DNA of 64,000 nucleotides from Octopus vulgaris (lineage: Eukaryota), in the NCBI GenBank assembly GCA_951406725.2, contig OX597814.1:45260001-45324000 (forward strand). The letters run 5' to 3'. Shown piece after piece: positions 25,981 through 40,200 of this stretch. The first letter of the stretch is position 1. Each line of letters begins with the position of its first letter. The notes under the pieces were generated by a model. The model saw nothing but the letters and a program-made list of their open reading frames with translations, had not been told where the DNA came from and ran no database searches. A program made the translations under genes and the position numbers.

Positions 25981-26344
25981 TGTTTGGATAGACTAAAAGT
26001 ATTTGAAAAGTTTCAGAGTATATTTTGGATCTACGTTATTCTGACGTTTATCATTTCTAAAATATGCTTTTATAGTTAAAGAGCAATTGGTAATAAAAAA
26101 AATATTAACAAATTACGACTCGGGAATCAATCTCTAATCAAACAGATTTATGATCAAAGACTTCTGGACATACCAATTTCCTCTTATTTTCAGACGATGT
26201 AACAGGGACGGCTACATTACCTAATGTTTCGTTCTTTTTTAAAATTAATAGTCTGAGGTGAACCTAAATGCAAATCGAGCAGCCCAGATTGAGGTTCCCT
26301 CGAATCAGCCATAACTGCTTTTTGAATCAAAGATTTTCTTCATT

Positions 26345-26709
26345 TATTTGTATTTCTACTGGTTCCATTGTAATCGAGCCTGAAGAAACCAATATCTTTA
26401 TCACACTGATAAATTACTATATTTCTGCTTTTATCGTCCGAGAATCAACTGCTCGCACAGTCCCACAAAGAGAGGAGCGGTGTGGTTGATTTAGTACTGA
26501 TCATTTTGTATTTTCTTAAGCTAGGACATTTCTCTCTGTCTGTTCATTTCTCTTTCTCTCTTTTCCTCTCTGCCCGCTCCTCTTTCTGTGGGGCTGTGCG
26601 CTCAGTTGATTCTCGGACGATAAGTGCAGAAATATAATAATTTATCAGTGTGATAAAGATATTGGTTTCTTCAGGCTCGATTACAATGGAACCAGTAGAA
26701 ATACAAATA
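26345..26709. mobile_element. MITE-like element with ~135-bp terminal inverted repeats
   Basis: 26345-26480 (TATTTGTATTTCTACTGGTTCCATTGTAATCGAGCCTGAAG...GAGGAGCGG) is the near-perfect reverse complement of 26574-26709; TA at both outer ends. Confidence 0.8.
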
Positions 26710-28381
26710 GAAAGACGAACGGACGAATGGACAAGCAGACGAGCAGACGGAAGGACGAAAAGATGGATAGCAAGATGGATAAATGAATTGACAAAAGGAT
26801 ACTCGCATAGATAGATGGGTGGATGGATAAACAGATGGACGGACGGTTATCTTATTCTACTCTCAAGGATGATTTGGTACGGAAATGTGTATGTATGTAC
26901 GAAAATGTCTCTGTGTGTGTACGAAAATGTGTGTGTATGTACACACACACATATACACATAAACACGTACACATAAATACATACGGTTAACTGGCAAAGA
27001 AAGAAAGCGAAAACATGTACAACGGCAGCCCACAAAAAAAAAATTAAGAGTCCAAATATTGAAACTATTAACATACGTAACATGCTTATTCCATACAGTG
27101 TATTACAGCTTCTTTTTAAACGCCGCAAAATTCAAGCTCAGCCTAACATTTTTCGTATTTTGAATTGTATCGTTAGAAGGCTTTTGTCTTTTTGTTTTTA
27201 CAGTCTCAGGAAACAATGTATTTCTGTTTTGTCTAGTGATAGGCGGCTCAGCAGTTTATCATGTCTTGACATCCGTTTTCAAAACATTTTAACAATATTT
27301 TTTACCAACCAAGTAATATAATATAAAAAAAAAAGAATTAGGAACCATTGACAGGAATATTTCTTGTCAGACAACCTTATTGGCATTTTCTATAGTATTT
27401 TCGGGGTGATTTATTTAGTACTGATCATTTTGCATTTTCTTAAGCTAGAAACACCATGATTTAGACGTGGGGGCATAAGAGAGAACTAGGAGTTGTTCAC
27501 AAGCAATAAAATAATTATGACTTGACCTGAAGTATGAATATTTTACTTTTAAAAAATAATTTAAGATATCCTTGATAGAAAACGAATACATTCGAAAAAT
27601 TCCCAGCTCCGATAGAACTTTTTTAAATCATTTTACTTCGTTTTCTTAAGTTGACATTGAATGATCTTTTCGTAAACTTGGTGATACAATACGGAATTTT
27701 GTCTAAACTTAGAGGACAATTGAAACATCATACGATCTTATCCGAAATTTTACGACTTCACATTACAGCTTTTCCTTGACCTTTGATATATCACATAGTA
27801 ACGTGGATGGCATCACTATATCTTATATTAGAGAAAACATCCTTCTCCCTTTCGTATAACGAACAAAATGATACATTCAAACGTAATATTTCTTTTTATT
27901 TTGTTATATATTTTTCCTTTCAAACACCAACACTGAATTATTTAGAACAGTGAATATATGTTAACTTCCTAGTTCAATCAACATTTTTGTGTGTCTTCAA
28001 CCGAATACCGTAACCTCTGAGCAAGGTTACTCCTAATTCTTAACACCGTAGACCATTCATCTTCCTTTCAGACTTTTCTCATTCTTCTTACTTATCTATT
28101 CATACCAACCCTTCCCTTCCTCACCTTCACTCAATTTGTAAGCAAAGCCAACTTTCTGTTGCCAATCTATCTATCTATCTATCTATCAATCTAGCTAGCT
28201 ACCTATATTTTCTGTTCCCCTCTTCCTTCGGTGATACCTTAATCTTTTCTGTGACTCCCTCTTGCCTTTTATACTTTAATAGCTATCAATATCATTTATT
28301 TCTATGCCAGCTATTTTCCAAAGAGTTAAAGAAACAGAGAATGGAGGAAAGATTGAAGGAAGGAAGAGAGAAATATACAAC

Positions 28382-28383
28382 GA

Positions 28384-28442
<59 letters not shown>
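28382..28442. repeat. (GAAA)n microsatellite
   Basis: Read directly. Confidence 0.95.
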
Positions 28443-28545
28443 GAGAAAAAGAGAATAGCCAGAGTGACAGAAACAGTGAAATCCTTAAGGCGAAACGAAA
28501 TAGCAAAACCAATGCTGTATATGTATATAGAATATATGTGTGGGC

Positions 28546-28605
<60 letters not shown>

Positions 28606-28606
28606 A

Positions 28607-28639
<33 letters not shown>

Positions 28640-28693
28640 CGTGTATGTATATATATACATTGTATATATATATATATATATACAATACATATA

Positions 28694-28745
<52 letters not shown>

Positions 28746-29427
28746 GCATGTGAATATGTATGTATATTTCTATAGATATATATGTATATATGTATGTATA
28801 TCAAAGAGAAACAAAAGAAATAAACATACTGAAGAAAAAAAAAGGTAGAAAGAAAAAAGAAGAAAAGAAAACAAAGACAACACATGAATTTCTTAAAAAC
28901 ATTCTTAAAGAGAAGAGACAAAATCATGTTGATAGATTCTTCGACTCAAAGACAAAACGTCTCGATGAAATCATGAAAGACAATTTTTTAAATAAATCTC
29001 ATAAAAAAAAAAGAAGGAATAAAATCGAAGGAAATAAAACAGCCAGATAACATATGTATATGTGTGTGTGTTTTCTGTGTGTGTGTGTGTGCGTGTGTGT
29101 GTGTGTGTGTGTGTTTCTACCTGTGTGCGTGCATGATTTTAGTGTTAAAACATGTATGTGTTGATTGCAAGTATGTATATGTTCGTGCTTGTATGTATGC
29201 GTATATGTGTGTGTGTGTTTGTGTATATGAATGTATGCTTTTATGTTTGCATGTATGTATGAATGTATATGTGGGTGTGTGATTTTATGTATATGTGCGC
29301 ATCTTAATAATAAACACATACTTTTACATTCATATAGATATATACATATATACATACATATGTACATATATATATGTGCATAGATATATATACATACATA
29401 TATACATTTATATATGTATATATGTAT

Positions 29428-29481
<54 letters not shown>

Positions 29482-29598
29482 TTTTTACTCTTTAGCAAAC
29501 TATTGTGTAATCCGATAGAAATAAGTTTTGGACTATTTTCTTTTAAAATTTTATCTTAATATGTCACTTATTTCTTGACACGTTATGTTTATACCTAT

Positions 29599-29638
<40 letters not shown>

Positions 29639-29754
29639 CTGTGTGTGTGTGTGCATGATTGTATGCATGTATGTATACATATATTTGCACACATAGTAGA
29701 CGGGTGAATTTGTCTGCGTGTTTGCACAAAAGTGTATTCATATTTACAAAAATG

Positions 29755-29814
<60 letters not shown>

Positions 29815-30018
29815 CGCACACATATATACATACATATATGCAGATAGATGCCTGAACGACTCATGTAAAGTCGGCTTTGGATAATAATTATTCCACTCTA
29901 TTTGGCAGTACCGAGTACATTTGTCGCTTAATTGCAATTCCCGCCAGTGTGAAACAACTATCTCATACATACATACACACGTATAAATACATACGCATTT
30001 AGACACACACACGCGCGC

Positions 30019-30049
<31 letters not shown>

Positions 30050-30929
30050 ACACACACATACGCACTCTCATCTATAATAGTGTGAATTTACGTATACGTA
30101 TATGTATGTACGTGTATGCGTGAAAAATATTAATTCGGCCATATTTGATTTGTTTCTTTTTGTTTTTGTTTGGGTTTTTTTTCTGTCTTTGTTGTCCGTG
30201 TTTGTCAAACGCCACATTTTATTTATTTAAATGTCGGTAGAGAACCAATTATATACATTATATGTGTGTGTGTATGTATATTCATTTGCTCTCCTTTCTC
30301 TCTCTCCCTTTCTAGTTATCCTAATACATATAAAACAAGCATTCATTATGTGTGTATGTGCACGCGTGTGTTTGTATACATGCATACATGCATGTATATA
30401 TACATTCGTACATGCATGCACACATACATACATACTTATATGGAAGTGCACAAGACAAGAGCTTTGTTATTTGTGTTGACGTGTGCATTGTTGTAGATCT
30501 GCGAGCGATATTTTCCTTTGGTTCATCGATGTCTGAGACGCCAGAGACGATGTCACGTACAACACGGTGATGAAAATGTTTGAATGTTTGCCGCGTGTGT
30601 GTGAATGTGTATTTGAATGTTTGCTGCGTATGTATGAATTTGTGTTTGAGTGTTTGTATGTAAACGGCAGCGAATAGATTTAAACTTAAAGAGCAGACGT
30701 GGTAGGAAATAAGAGGGATGTGTGTGTCTGAAAGTGAAGATATAAGAAATATAGAAACAGAAATAGAGCGAGTGTATGTAAATTATAAGTCAATGTTGAT
30801 GTGGAAATAAAAGTATCTAACTCCATCATTGCCTGTTTTTATTTGTTTATTTTTAGTGTAGCTGTAGTTTGCATTTTGTATTTCATACACATTAGCTTCA
30901 TTTAAAATAATGCCTCAGCAAAAGTCCAG

Positions 30930-31450
30930 GTGGCTGATTGCTGTACATTTTTATGTGATGTGGGAGACAATGTGTTGAATAGCTTTTTCAGATCGAGAAT
31001 TATGATTAATTTACAATTGTTATCAGCGTGGCATGGTACTATGAATTAAGTTGATGGCGTCAGCCGTATTGTTCACAGGTTCAGAGAAAACAACAATAAG
31101 TTTCTAAGTGTACTCATTCAGTGCCAAACACTTACTGAATTGTGAAATTGTATTACATGGTTCTTTGGTATAATTTCACAAGTAGGCCAAATCCGGCTGT
31201 CATTCAAATACGTTCTGAAGATGCTTTTGCTGTTTTCCTTTCAGCTAGAAGAACGGTTAGTTTCCACCTGCGTAGTAACTACAGTATTGTAATATGGCGG
31301 ACAATATTGTAAATACTGAAGATGAGAGCCTTTCTCCATCTGATCGGAACCTCATCAATTTCTTCGAATGCTCTTCAGAATGAGCAAATGGTGGGAGTAG
31401 ACTAAGAACTTCCTAGGGAAATTTATGAAAGCTGGAGAATAGAAGCAAAC
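30930..31450 (-). mobile_element. Very decayed LINE RT remnant
   Basis: Minus strand IILDLKKLFNTLS (cf. LDLKKAFDTV); little else is recognisable. Confidence 0.35.
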
Positions 31451-31519
31451 GTGATTTAAATTGATGATTTACAACCGGTATACTGCAACACCGTGGTATT
31501 GTTAAGGATCATTTCCCTT

Positions 31520-31764
31520 TTCTTTTTCTTAATTTAGTCATTGAATTGCAACCATGCTGGGGCACCACCTTGAAGGGTTTGATTCGAACAAATTATCCCT
31601 AGTACTTATTTCTTTTAGTCTGGTACTCATTCTTTTAATCTGGTTCTTTTGCCGAACAGCTAATGAGGGGGGGCGTAAATAAACAAACACCAGTTGTCAA
31701 ACTGCTGGAGGCGGCTCAAGCCCTAAACGCATACGCGCACACACACACACACACACACAAACAC

Positions 31765-31819
<55 letters not shown>

Positions 31820-32015
31820 TGTGTGTCTGTGTATGTGTGTATGTACGATATATATATATACGACAAACCTTTTACATTTTCCGTCTACCAGATCCACCCA
31901 TAATCCTTTGGTCGACAGGGGACTATACTAGAAGACACTTGCCAAAGATGTTACACAGTGGGAATGAACCCGAAGTCATGTGGTTGGGAAGAAAACTTCT
32001 TACCACACAGCCATG
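31520..32015 (-). mobile_element. SINE family B copy (diverged)
   Basis: Reverse complement of the family B head (CTTCTTACCACACAGCCATG) and tail (CCATGCTGGGGCACCACC). Confidence 0.75.
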
Positions 32016-33815
32016 CCAGATGAAGTTCAAATTTAAATTTCACAATTGGCAAAAGGCAGGTGATTGCTGAGAAAGAATGAAAAGATGCACTTTAGGCAAG
32101 CATACATATTTTTATATAATAATTATATATTATGATGTTGATAGAATGATATACCAGTAATTATTTCAGTTTACTTCATTAACTATGTTCTCCTTCAAAA
32201 AAACATGTCTCAAGCCTTTGCAACAAATTGCAATTAGTTAGGCGTATGGCAGAATCAGTTGATTCCCGGACAAAATGCCTTTGCCTATATGATTTAATAA
32301 AACCTTTATTTCCTGAATATCTCTCGGTCGTTTTGGGGGTTTTTTTTTACTTTGTTTCCCATCTTACTAAGTAAGAGGGGGCAATTCAATTTTTATTTTA
32401 TTGGTCTTTTTTGTTCTCAATTTTGCCTTAAATTGTCCCTCCCCTTATTTTTCTTATGCTTGAATAACAAAAGTCTTACTGCATTAGGATCAAGCATGAT
32501 TTCCCACCATGTTATCACGACTACTGAATAGATTAGCTCACATCACTCACACATTCGGAGTTATTTCTGTGAATGGAATTTCTTGTAAGACCTTGTTATA
32601 TTTGAGTATTCTTTTGGGGAACAGCTTACTTATGTAGATTGGGCAGAAGTTTCCATTGATTTATATTTTCATTGATTTTGTTGTGTTCTTTCTATTTTCT
32701 TTATCGCTTTTCTTAGCTTCTACTCAATGTTAATTTTAGTCGATCATTTTGTGGTGTATTTTATTCTGTTGATTGTTAAGTATTCTCGAAGGTATATTTT
32801 ACCATGGCTGGGTATTTAGATTGATGTTTAGATCAATGTGACATGTATGATCATCCTTCTCCTTTCATGCTTTTGTTTTTTTTATTTTATTTCGTGGTTT
32901 TTTTCTTTTTGGTATGTCTTTATTTTGCTGTAATGCCTCCTTTTTTCCATACATGGTAGGTCCTGTGTGTTTTTGTTGTATTTTGAGAGCTCCTTATTGT
33001 ACATATGGTCATTTCCGCTATACTGTTTCTTTGTGAAGGATTATGTTTTACATGTGGCAGTGCCTGTTGTGATGCTTCCATTGATTTGTAGAAACTTATC
33101 TTTTCTGTGCTGTCAGTTATTTTGTTTTACTTCCAACGTATATTTTTATGAGTTAGTCTATTTCTCTTTCTAGCATATTTGTTTTTTTAGTTATGTATCT
33201 CCGTACATTCGCTAATGTACATGGATTTTTTTCCTTCTCCATAACTCGTATGTCTTTTTTATGATGCTCATTAGTGTTTTATATAATATAGATGTTTAAC
33301 AGGAGCTTAACATTTAAATGTATTATGTTTTTCTTTTCTTTTTTAGACTGATCCCATGATTCTCTCGTAAAACTGTTTTTATTTTGTTGGTTGCTAGTGA
33401 TACAAGACAGTTCTTTCTTTTGGAAGTTAACCTTTTTGATAGGACCGCTTCTTATGCAGACATAACCTTCGTATCGAGCTTGCTTTAAACTTATGCTAAG
33501 GTATTCAACATACATCTTGACCCAATGGATATTGCTTTAGCACCTTGATTTATTTATGGATACAATCCCTTGGCTTATTTGATCGTTCTTTCTGCACTTT
33601 GTTGTACGTTTTTAAATAATATATTGTGTATCTAATAATTGCATGTAAGACATCAAAATAAGCGTCATTTTTACTTTCTGGCTTTCCTTATAATGCCGCT
33701 ATCCTTTTCCTTATCAATTTTGCCCATGAAATTGGTGGTATTGACTTTACGTCTATTTTACGAAAATCTATGCTTCCACATATATATTTCTTTTTTTCAG
33801 AAACAACCGAGAAAG

Positions 33816-33932
<117 letters not shown>

Positions 33933-34110
33933 GCCTTTGCACAGCTTCTAACGCTGGAGATGTGCTACGGTGTTAGATGTTCACTACCAGTGAACTAAGG
34001 TAACACCTCTTATTTTTCGAGCACCTTCCGGAGTATTCGAGCGGTTCCAACCAGTGTTGTTTTCTGCAAGTGCTCCACCCTTATTGCAGCCCCTATTTAT
34101 AGCTTCATTC
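33933..34110 (-). mobile_element. R4/Dong-like LINE 3' terminus joined directly to (TAA)n
   Basis: Minus strand IGAAIRVEHLQKTTLVGTARILRKVLEK*, then ~80-nt 3' UTR, then (AAT)n. Another R4-like fragment (NVNRLYMKRKNGSRGLISI) lies at ~34370-34510. Confidence 0.75.
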
Positions 34111-34912
34111 TCGCCGTTAATTCTTTCCTTGTTGTGTTGCATCACGATTTCATGAGTCGTTCGTGGGATTCCCATGAGTGTTGTCATTGGGATCCCATCT
34201 CTCTCTTCCTCTCTTTATTTGTATATATCCGCACACATGTATGTACATACACATATAAATAAATAACGTGCTTGCATTGTGTCGCCACCATAACCACAGT
34301 GATTATCATTAGCACCATCGTTCTACCTAGAGCATTTAAAAATGCCAATAATAACATGGGTCCCGGTATATTGTAGCAGATCTTCGTCATATTCATCAAA
34401 TACTTGGCAAGCGTTCTCTTTTCCCTCACTATCCAATGGTCTATACTAATCAGTCCTCTGCTACCATTCTTTCTTTTCATGTACAGTCTGTTTACGTTTG
34501 CAGTTAACACTTAATACTATCTTTTGCGCTCCCTACATGAATGGTAATTCCGGGGGTCATTCTCGGCTAATTTTTAATTCCTTTACTGGTCATTTCAAGT
34601 TCTCCCACAATCACTGGTATTGTAACCGTCATCATCATCGTCGTCGTTAGGATCATCATCATCAAATTTCATTTAGAAAGAAAGTTAAGTGTCGAGATGG
34701 AAGTGCTCTCTTCCAGTGAATTTCCGACAGTGACTGTAACGAAAACGGTTAGAGTGAAGGGAACTATTCTAAACATGCACTTCTAAGCCAGAGATCAACA
34801 CATAAGAAAGGGCACTTCCTCTTGGTAGTTTGGGTTATACTTATAATGTAAGGTTCCCAGAGTAGTCCAAGATGGAGTTCTCATGTATCAGGAGGACTTA
34901 TCTATATATTCG

Positions 34913-34977
<65 letters not shown>

Positions 34978-36441
34978 TCATGAATTAGTATACTATATAG
35001 AATTTTTAGCTGCTGCTGGTTTTGATTTCACCAAAGAGAAAAATTGTCTTAAAAAAGCTCCCGTTTTGACTAGTTCTAATATTTACTTTCTCTAACGCTA
35101 AACTCACTTTATTTTGTTATGCTTATATCAACGAGAGTTAAATTTTATATCTTTCACAGTTAAGGGAGGAAAGTGATTATTTAGTTTTTTATTTTTATTT
35201 ATTTATATATTTCTGCTTTCACAGTAAAAATTATTTTCAACATACCTGCAGTGTTGATGTTGAGAGCCGATTCCCAAAATAGCGATAGACAACTTCCTAT
35301 TTCCTAGAATGGGAAAGAAAATGGAAATCTTTTGTGTATTGGGAACATTTGCCTAACAGTAAAACTGTCAATGCTAATAACAATGCTCACATTGACAATT
35401 ACTGTACAAAAAAATGAAACGTTTATCTTCAATTATTTGAAAATAACTATAACACAGTGACAATAACGAGAGTAGTAATACTTCTCAATAACAACTGCAC
35501 ACAGAAAAATATAACAATAAGTAAAAGAAGATAGCAAAAAAAATTTGCTTAAGACGGGAGATTGTGATTGCCTTGGTTGTGTCTCATCGTCTGATTGCCA
35601 TGTTTTGCCCCTATGGTGGTCAGACTATATTGAGACAACTCTTTTCCTTTTTGTGAAATGAATAATTTTTTTGGCAAAATGTTCATCTATTGCCAGCATC
35701 AAGTCTATTGGAGCCCATAATGAGCAAGCATACACTGAAGTGGCGCCATCTGCAAATATTTTTGAAGCAATGTAAGCACTGTTCGTCAGGCGAGCTCTCC
35801 CTTAATTTATTTCATTGACTGAGTTGCAGACCTAGCTCAAGCTTCGACTGGGGTTTTTCTGTTGGGGTTTTGGTATCTTTATTATTGCCGGGCGCTCACA
35901 GCTCTAAACCAGCTGAATATGCAATCGGTGAAGCATCCACCTTTATAGAAGTGTAATTGTATGTAAATGGTGTTCTGGAGATTAGTCTGGGTATCAATGA
36001 CAATGTTCAAAACAACTTGCGGAGGACTTTCAGACAGAGATTAGAGATACTTTCTAAATGTTTTAAGCTGGTAGCTTTGTGATATGAGAGAGAGAGGCAT
36101 TTCCGATTCAAGTACCCTCAGCTAGGCGTATCCGAGACTAGCAACAAACCGTTCTCTGTACTTTCTGTTAGTGCCGACGGAAATCTAACTTCTAAAATTA
36201 AAGACTACTTTCAAGATAAGAATAGATACAACTGTCGGTCAAGTATAGTGGGAAGAGCCACTGAAAGGCCACAACTGCTATCATTCTTTAGTAAAGAAGG
36301 ATAGGCAGTTTTAGCAATCCCTGTGGACAGGAGGCAAAAGATAACATGAGGGCTGAGTTGAATCAGAGGAGGGCGGAGGTTTTCGTATCTAACCAAAACT
36401 GTATAAGCTTCTTGAGTAGGATTGGGAAATTGAAAGAAAAA

Positions 36442-36514
36442 GAAATGACCAGTGGCCGAAATAGCAGTGGTAGTAGTGACTGCTAAGACTGCTATTTCGG
36501 CCACTGGTCATTTC
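36442..36514. repeat. Perfect 27-bp inverted repeat with a 19-nt loop
   Basis: GAAATGACCAGTGGCCGAAATAGCAGT (36442-36468) and ACTGCTATTTCGGCCACTGGTCATTTC (36488-36514). Confidence 0.92.
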
Positions 36515-36948
36515 CCCAACTTCACCAAACGAATCTAGTCAACACACAAGACAGCTATTATGCTCCCCCTCACAAAAAAAACCACCACGTGGACTCAGTT
36601 GAGACTAGTAAGAAACAATTATGAACTTTTTTTATTACACTTAACTTTTAAAAATATTTTTGATAAGGTTCGTTTTTTCAAGAAGAACCGATACATGTAA
36701 AATTTCTAATAAAATTATAATTTATCTTATACAGTGGCGTTTTCAAACTTCTTTTTATAAATAAATATATATATATATATATATATATAAAATAAAATAA
36801 ATATAAGAGAGTGGTCACTATATGGCTCACTCTAGCACCAGTTAATCCAAAAGGTTTCAACCACAAAAATACATGTTTCCCATGAAAGTCAGTACGATTG
36901 TTAGCTCACACGGACAGGGCAAATAAAAAATAACAAAAATACAGATTA

Positions 36949-37030
36949 TTTTGGGACAATTGTTTCGCTATTAATGAATTAAATGTAATTTTACTTACAA
37001 AAAAATCCACTTGTAGCTCGTCAGCCAAAA
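36949..37030 (-). ncRNA. Type I hammerhead ribozyme, copy 1
   Basis: Minus strand: TTTTGG-CTGACGA-GCTA...TAGC-GAAA-CAATTG-TC-CCAAAA. Predicted cut between 36955 and 36954. Confidence 0.9.
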
Positions 37031-37483
37031 CTATCTGGATGAAATCCACTCAATCACACGCCAGATTTTACCATAACGATAAATACGCGTGTGGTTCAAT
37101 TGATTACATCCGACGTTATAATTCAAATGCCCCAACTAACAGCGCGCCAAACTTTCACGGAAAACAAATACAGCATTTAGAAATAAATGCAGCATAATTA
37201 TAATTAATTAATAAGGGTGAGAGAATTAGATACTAATTTAATAGTATATCTATTCAACACCAAGTGGCCTAGTGCTCCGAGAAACCTGGATTATTATAAT
37301 ATTTTATAATATATTATAATATTTTTACAAAATAAATATAAGAGAGTGGTCACTATATGGCTCACTCTAGCACCAGTTAATCCAAAAGGTTTCAACCACA
37401 AAAATACATGTTTCCCATGAAAGTCAGTACGATTGTTAGCTCACACGGACAGGGCAAATAAAAAATAACAAAAATACAGATTA

Positions 37484-37565
37484 TTTTGGGACAATTGTTT
37501 CGCTATTAATGAATTAAATGTAATTTTACTTACAAAAAAATCCACTTGTAGCTCGTCAGCCAAAA
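37484..37565 (-). ncRNA. Type I hammerhead ribozyme, copy 2
   Basis: Identical to copy 1 and 535 bp away. Predicted cut between 37490 and 37489. Confidence 0.9.
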
Positions 37566-37968
37566 CTATCTGGATGAAACATGGGAAACATGTATTTTTG
37601 TGGTTGAAACCTTTTGGATTAACTGGTGCTAGAGTGAGCCATATAGTGACCACTCTCTTATATTTATTTTGTAAAAATATTATAATATATTATAAAATAT
37701 TATAATAATCCAGGTTTCTCGGAGCACTAGGCCACTTGGTGTTGAATAGATATACTATTAAATTAGTATCTAATTCTCTCACCCTTATTAATTAATTATA
37801 ATTATGCTGCATTTATTTCTAAATGCTGTATTTGTTTTCCGTGAAAGTTTGGCGCGCTGTTAGTTGGGGCATTTGAATTATAACGTCGGATGTAATCAAT
37901 TGAACCACACGCGTATTTATCGTTATGGTAAAATCTGGCGTGTGATTGAGTGGATTTCATCCAGATAG

Positions 37969-38050
37969 TTTTGGCTGACGAGCTACAAGTGGATTTTTTT
38001 GTAAGTAAAATTACATTTAATTCATTAATAGCGAAACAATTGTCCCAAAA
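37969..38050 (+). ncRNA. Type I hammerhead ribozyme, copy 3 (in the inverted arm)
   Basis: TTTTGG 37969-37974; CTGACGA 37975-37981; stem II GCTA/TAGC; GAAA; CAATTG; GTC 38042-38044; CCAAAA 38045-38050. Confidence 0.9.
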
Positions 38051-38324
38051 TAATCTGTATTTTTGTTATTTTTTATTTGCCCTGTCCGTGTGAGCTAACA
38101 ATTGTACTGACTTTCATGGGAAACATGTATTTTTGTGGTTGAAACCTTTTGGATTAACTGGTGCTAGAGTGAGCCATATAGTGACCACTCTCTTATATTT
38201 ATTTTGTAAAAATATTATAATATATTATAAAATATTATAATAATCCAGGTTTCTGAGCACTAGGCCACTTGGTGTTGAATAGATATACTATTAAATTAGT
38301 ATCTAATTCTCTCACCCTTATTAA

Positions 38325-38365
<41 letters not shown>

Positions 38366-38462
38366 CATACAGATAGACAGACAGACTGACTGACAGACAG
38401 ACAGACAGGCAGGCAGATAGACAGACAGACAGACAGACAGACGGATAGACAGACAGATAGAC

Positions 38463-38530
<68 letters not shown>

Positions 38531-38531
<1 letters not shown>

Positions 38532-39430
38532 TGTTTCTTTATTAGCCACACAGGGCTGCACACAGATAGAACAAATTACAAGGTAGAGCTTTTCTTTTGA
38601 AGGTTTAAAAAAAAAAAAAAAGGACGGGGGAGTTTCGATCAAAAGGGATCGTAAAAGGAGAGAAAGAGGACAAAAAAAAAAGGGGGGTTAAAAAAAAAGG
38701 GGGAGAGGAAGAAAAAAAAGAAAAGAAAAAAAATTGATCAATAGGGATCGTTATCACAGAAATGTCAATATGAAGTGTAAAGGGGGGACAGGTGAGGTTT
38801 ACCCGTGGAAAGAAAAGCCTACGGAAAAGACCACGGTAACCTCGGTCAATGGAGTCACATGTTGTATTTCTTTTTTTTTTTTTTTTTGCAAATAAGCAAC
38901 TCTCTGTTTTCAATTTCTGGGTTCATAGGATCATGCTCAAGGTGGCTTCGTCATTCATACGTGCCATTCTTGCTACATTCACCCATCTTTTTTTAAAACA
39001 TTCGCTAGACAAAACTTGCCTCTCTACTCTCACTTTCCTTTTCAAGTGGTACTTGAAGAAGTTGATGAGAGATTGACCAGAGAGGAAAGTGTTTGTCTCC
39101 AATCCTTTCAGACGCGTCCACCAGATACATTCTTTCGCCATAGCCACAAGGATGATGAAAATAGCTCTTCCTTCCCGTTTGAAGGAGGGAGGCGTGACAA
39201 TATTAACGATAGACTCAGCTGATAAACCGACTCGTCCCACACGTGACAGCAGTTGTTCGACATAAGCCCACAGGTCGGAAATTGTTGGACACTGCACGAG
39301 TGCGTGCAGAACGGTTTCGTCGCTCTGACCGCATCTCGGGCAGGTCGGCCCCGTGTTTCTCGAGCCTATCCCTGTAGAGCTTATCCCGAACGGGTAGCGC
39401 TTCTCGGTAGTACTGCCAGGCCAGGCCAGG
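38531..39430 (-). mobile_element. 5'-truncated Tx1-clade (L1 group) non-LTR retrotransposon inserted in (GATA)n
   Basis: Minus strand ALPVRDKLY and CPRCGQSDETVLHALVQC (CX2CX8HX4C knuckle)...TLSMIL*, then a ~390-nt T-rich 3' UTR ending AATAAAGAAACAT. (GATA)n on both sides. Confidence 0.85.

Positions 39431-40200
<770 letters not shown>

Larger units (their letters stand above)
36794..38333. mobile_element. Hammerhead-containing 535-bp tandem plus inverted array (retrozyme or Penelope pseudo-LTR-like), flanked by (TA)n
   Basis: Period of 535 bp (GTGGTCACT at 36811 and 37346). Orientation flips at 37579/37580. About 1.5 units forward and 1.4 units inverted, nearly identical. One HHR per unit; no ORF. 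Confidence 0.88.

Noticed and set aside
32200-33640. Possible minus-strand Penelope RT relic (KGLYP*I-like motif)
   Set aside because: Only one or two weak motifs; too decayed to call without a profile search.
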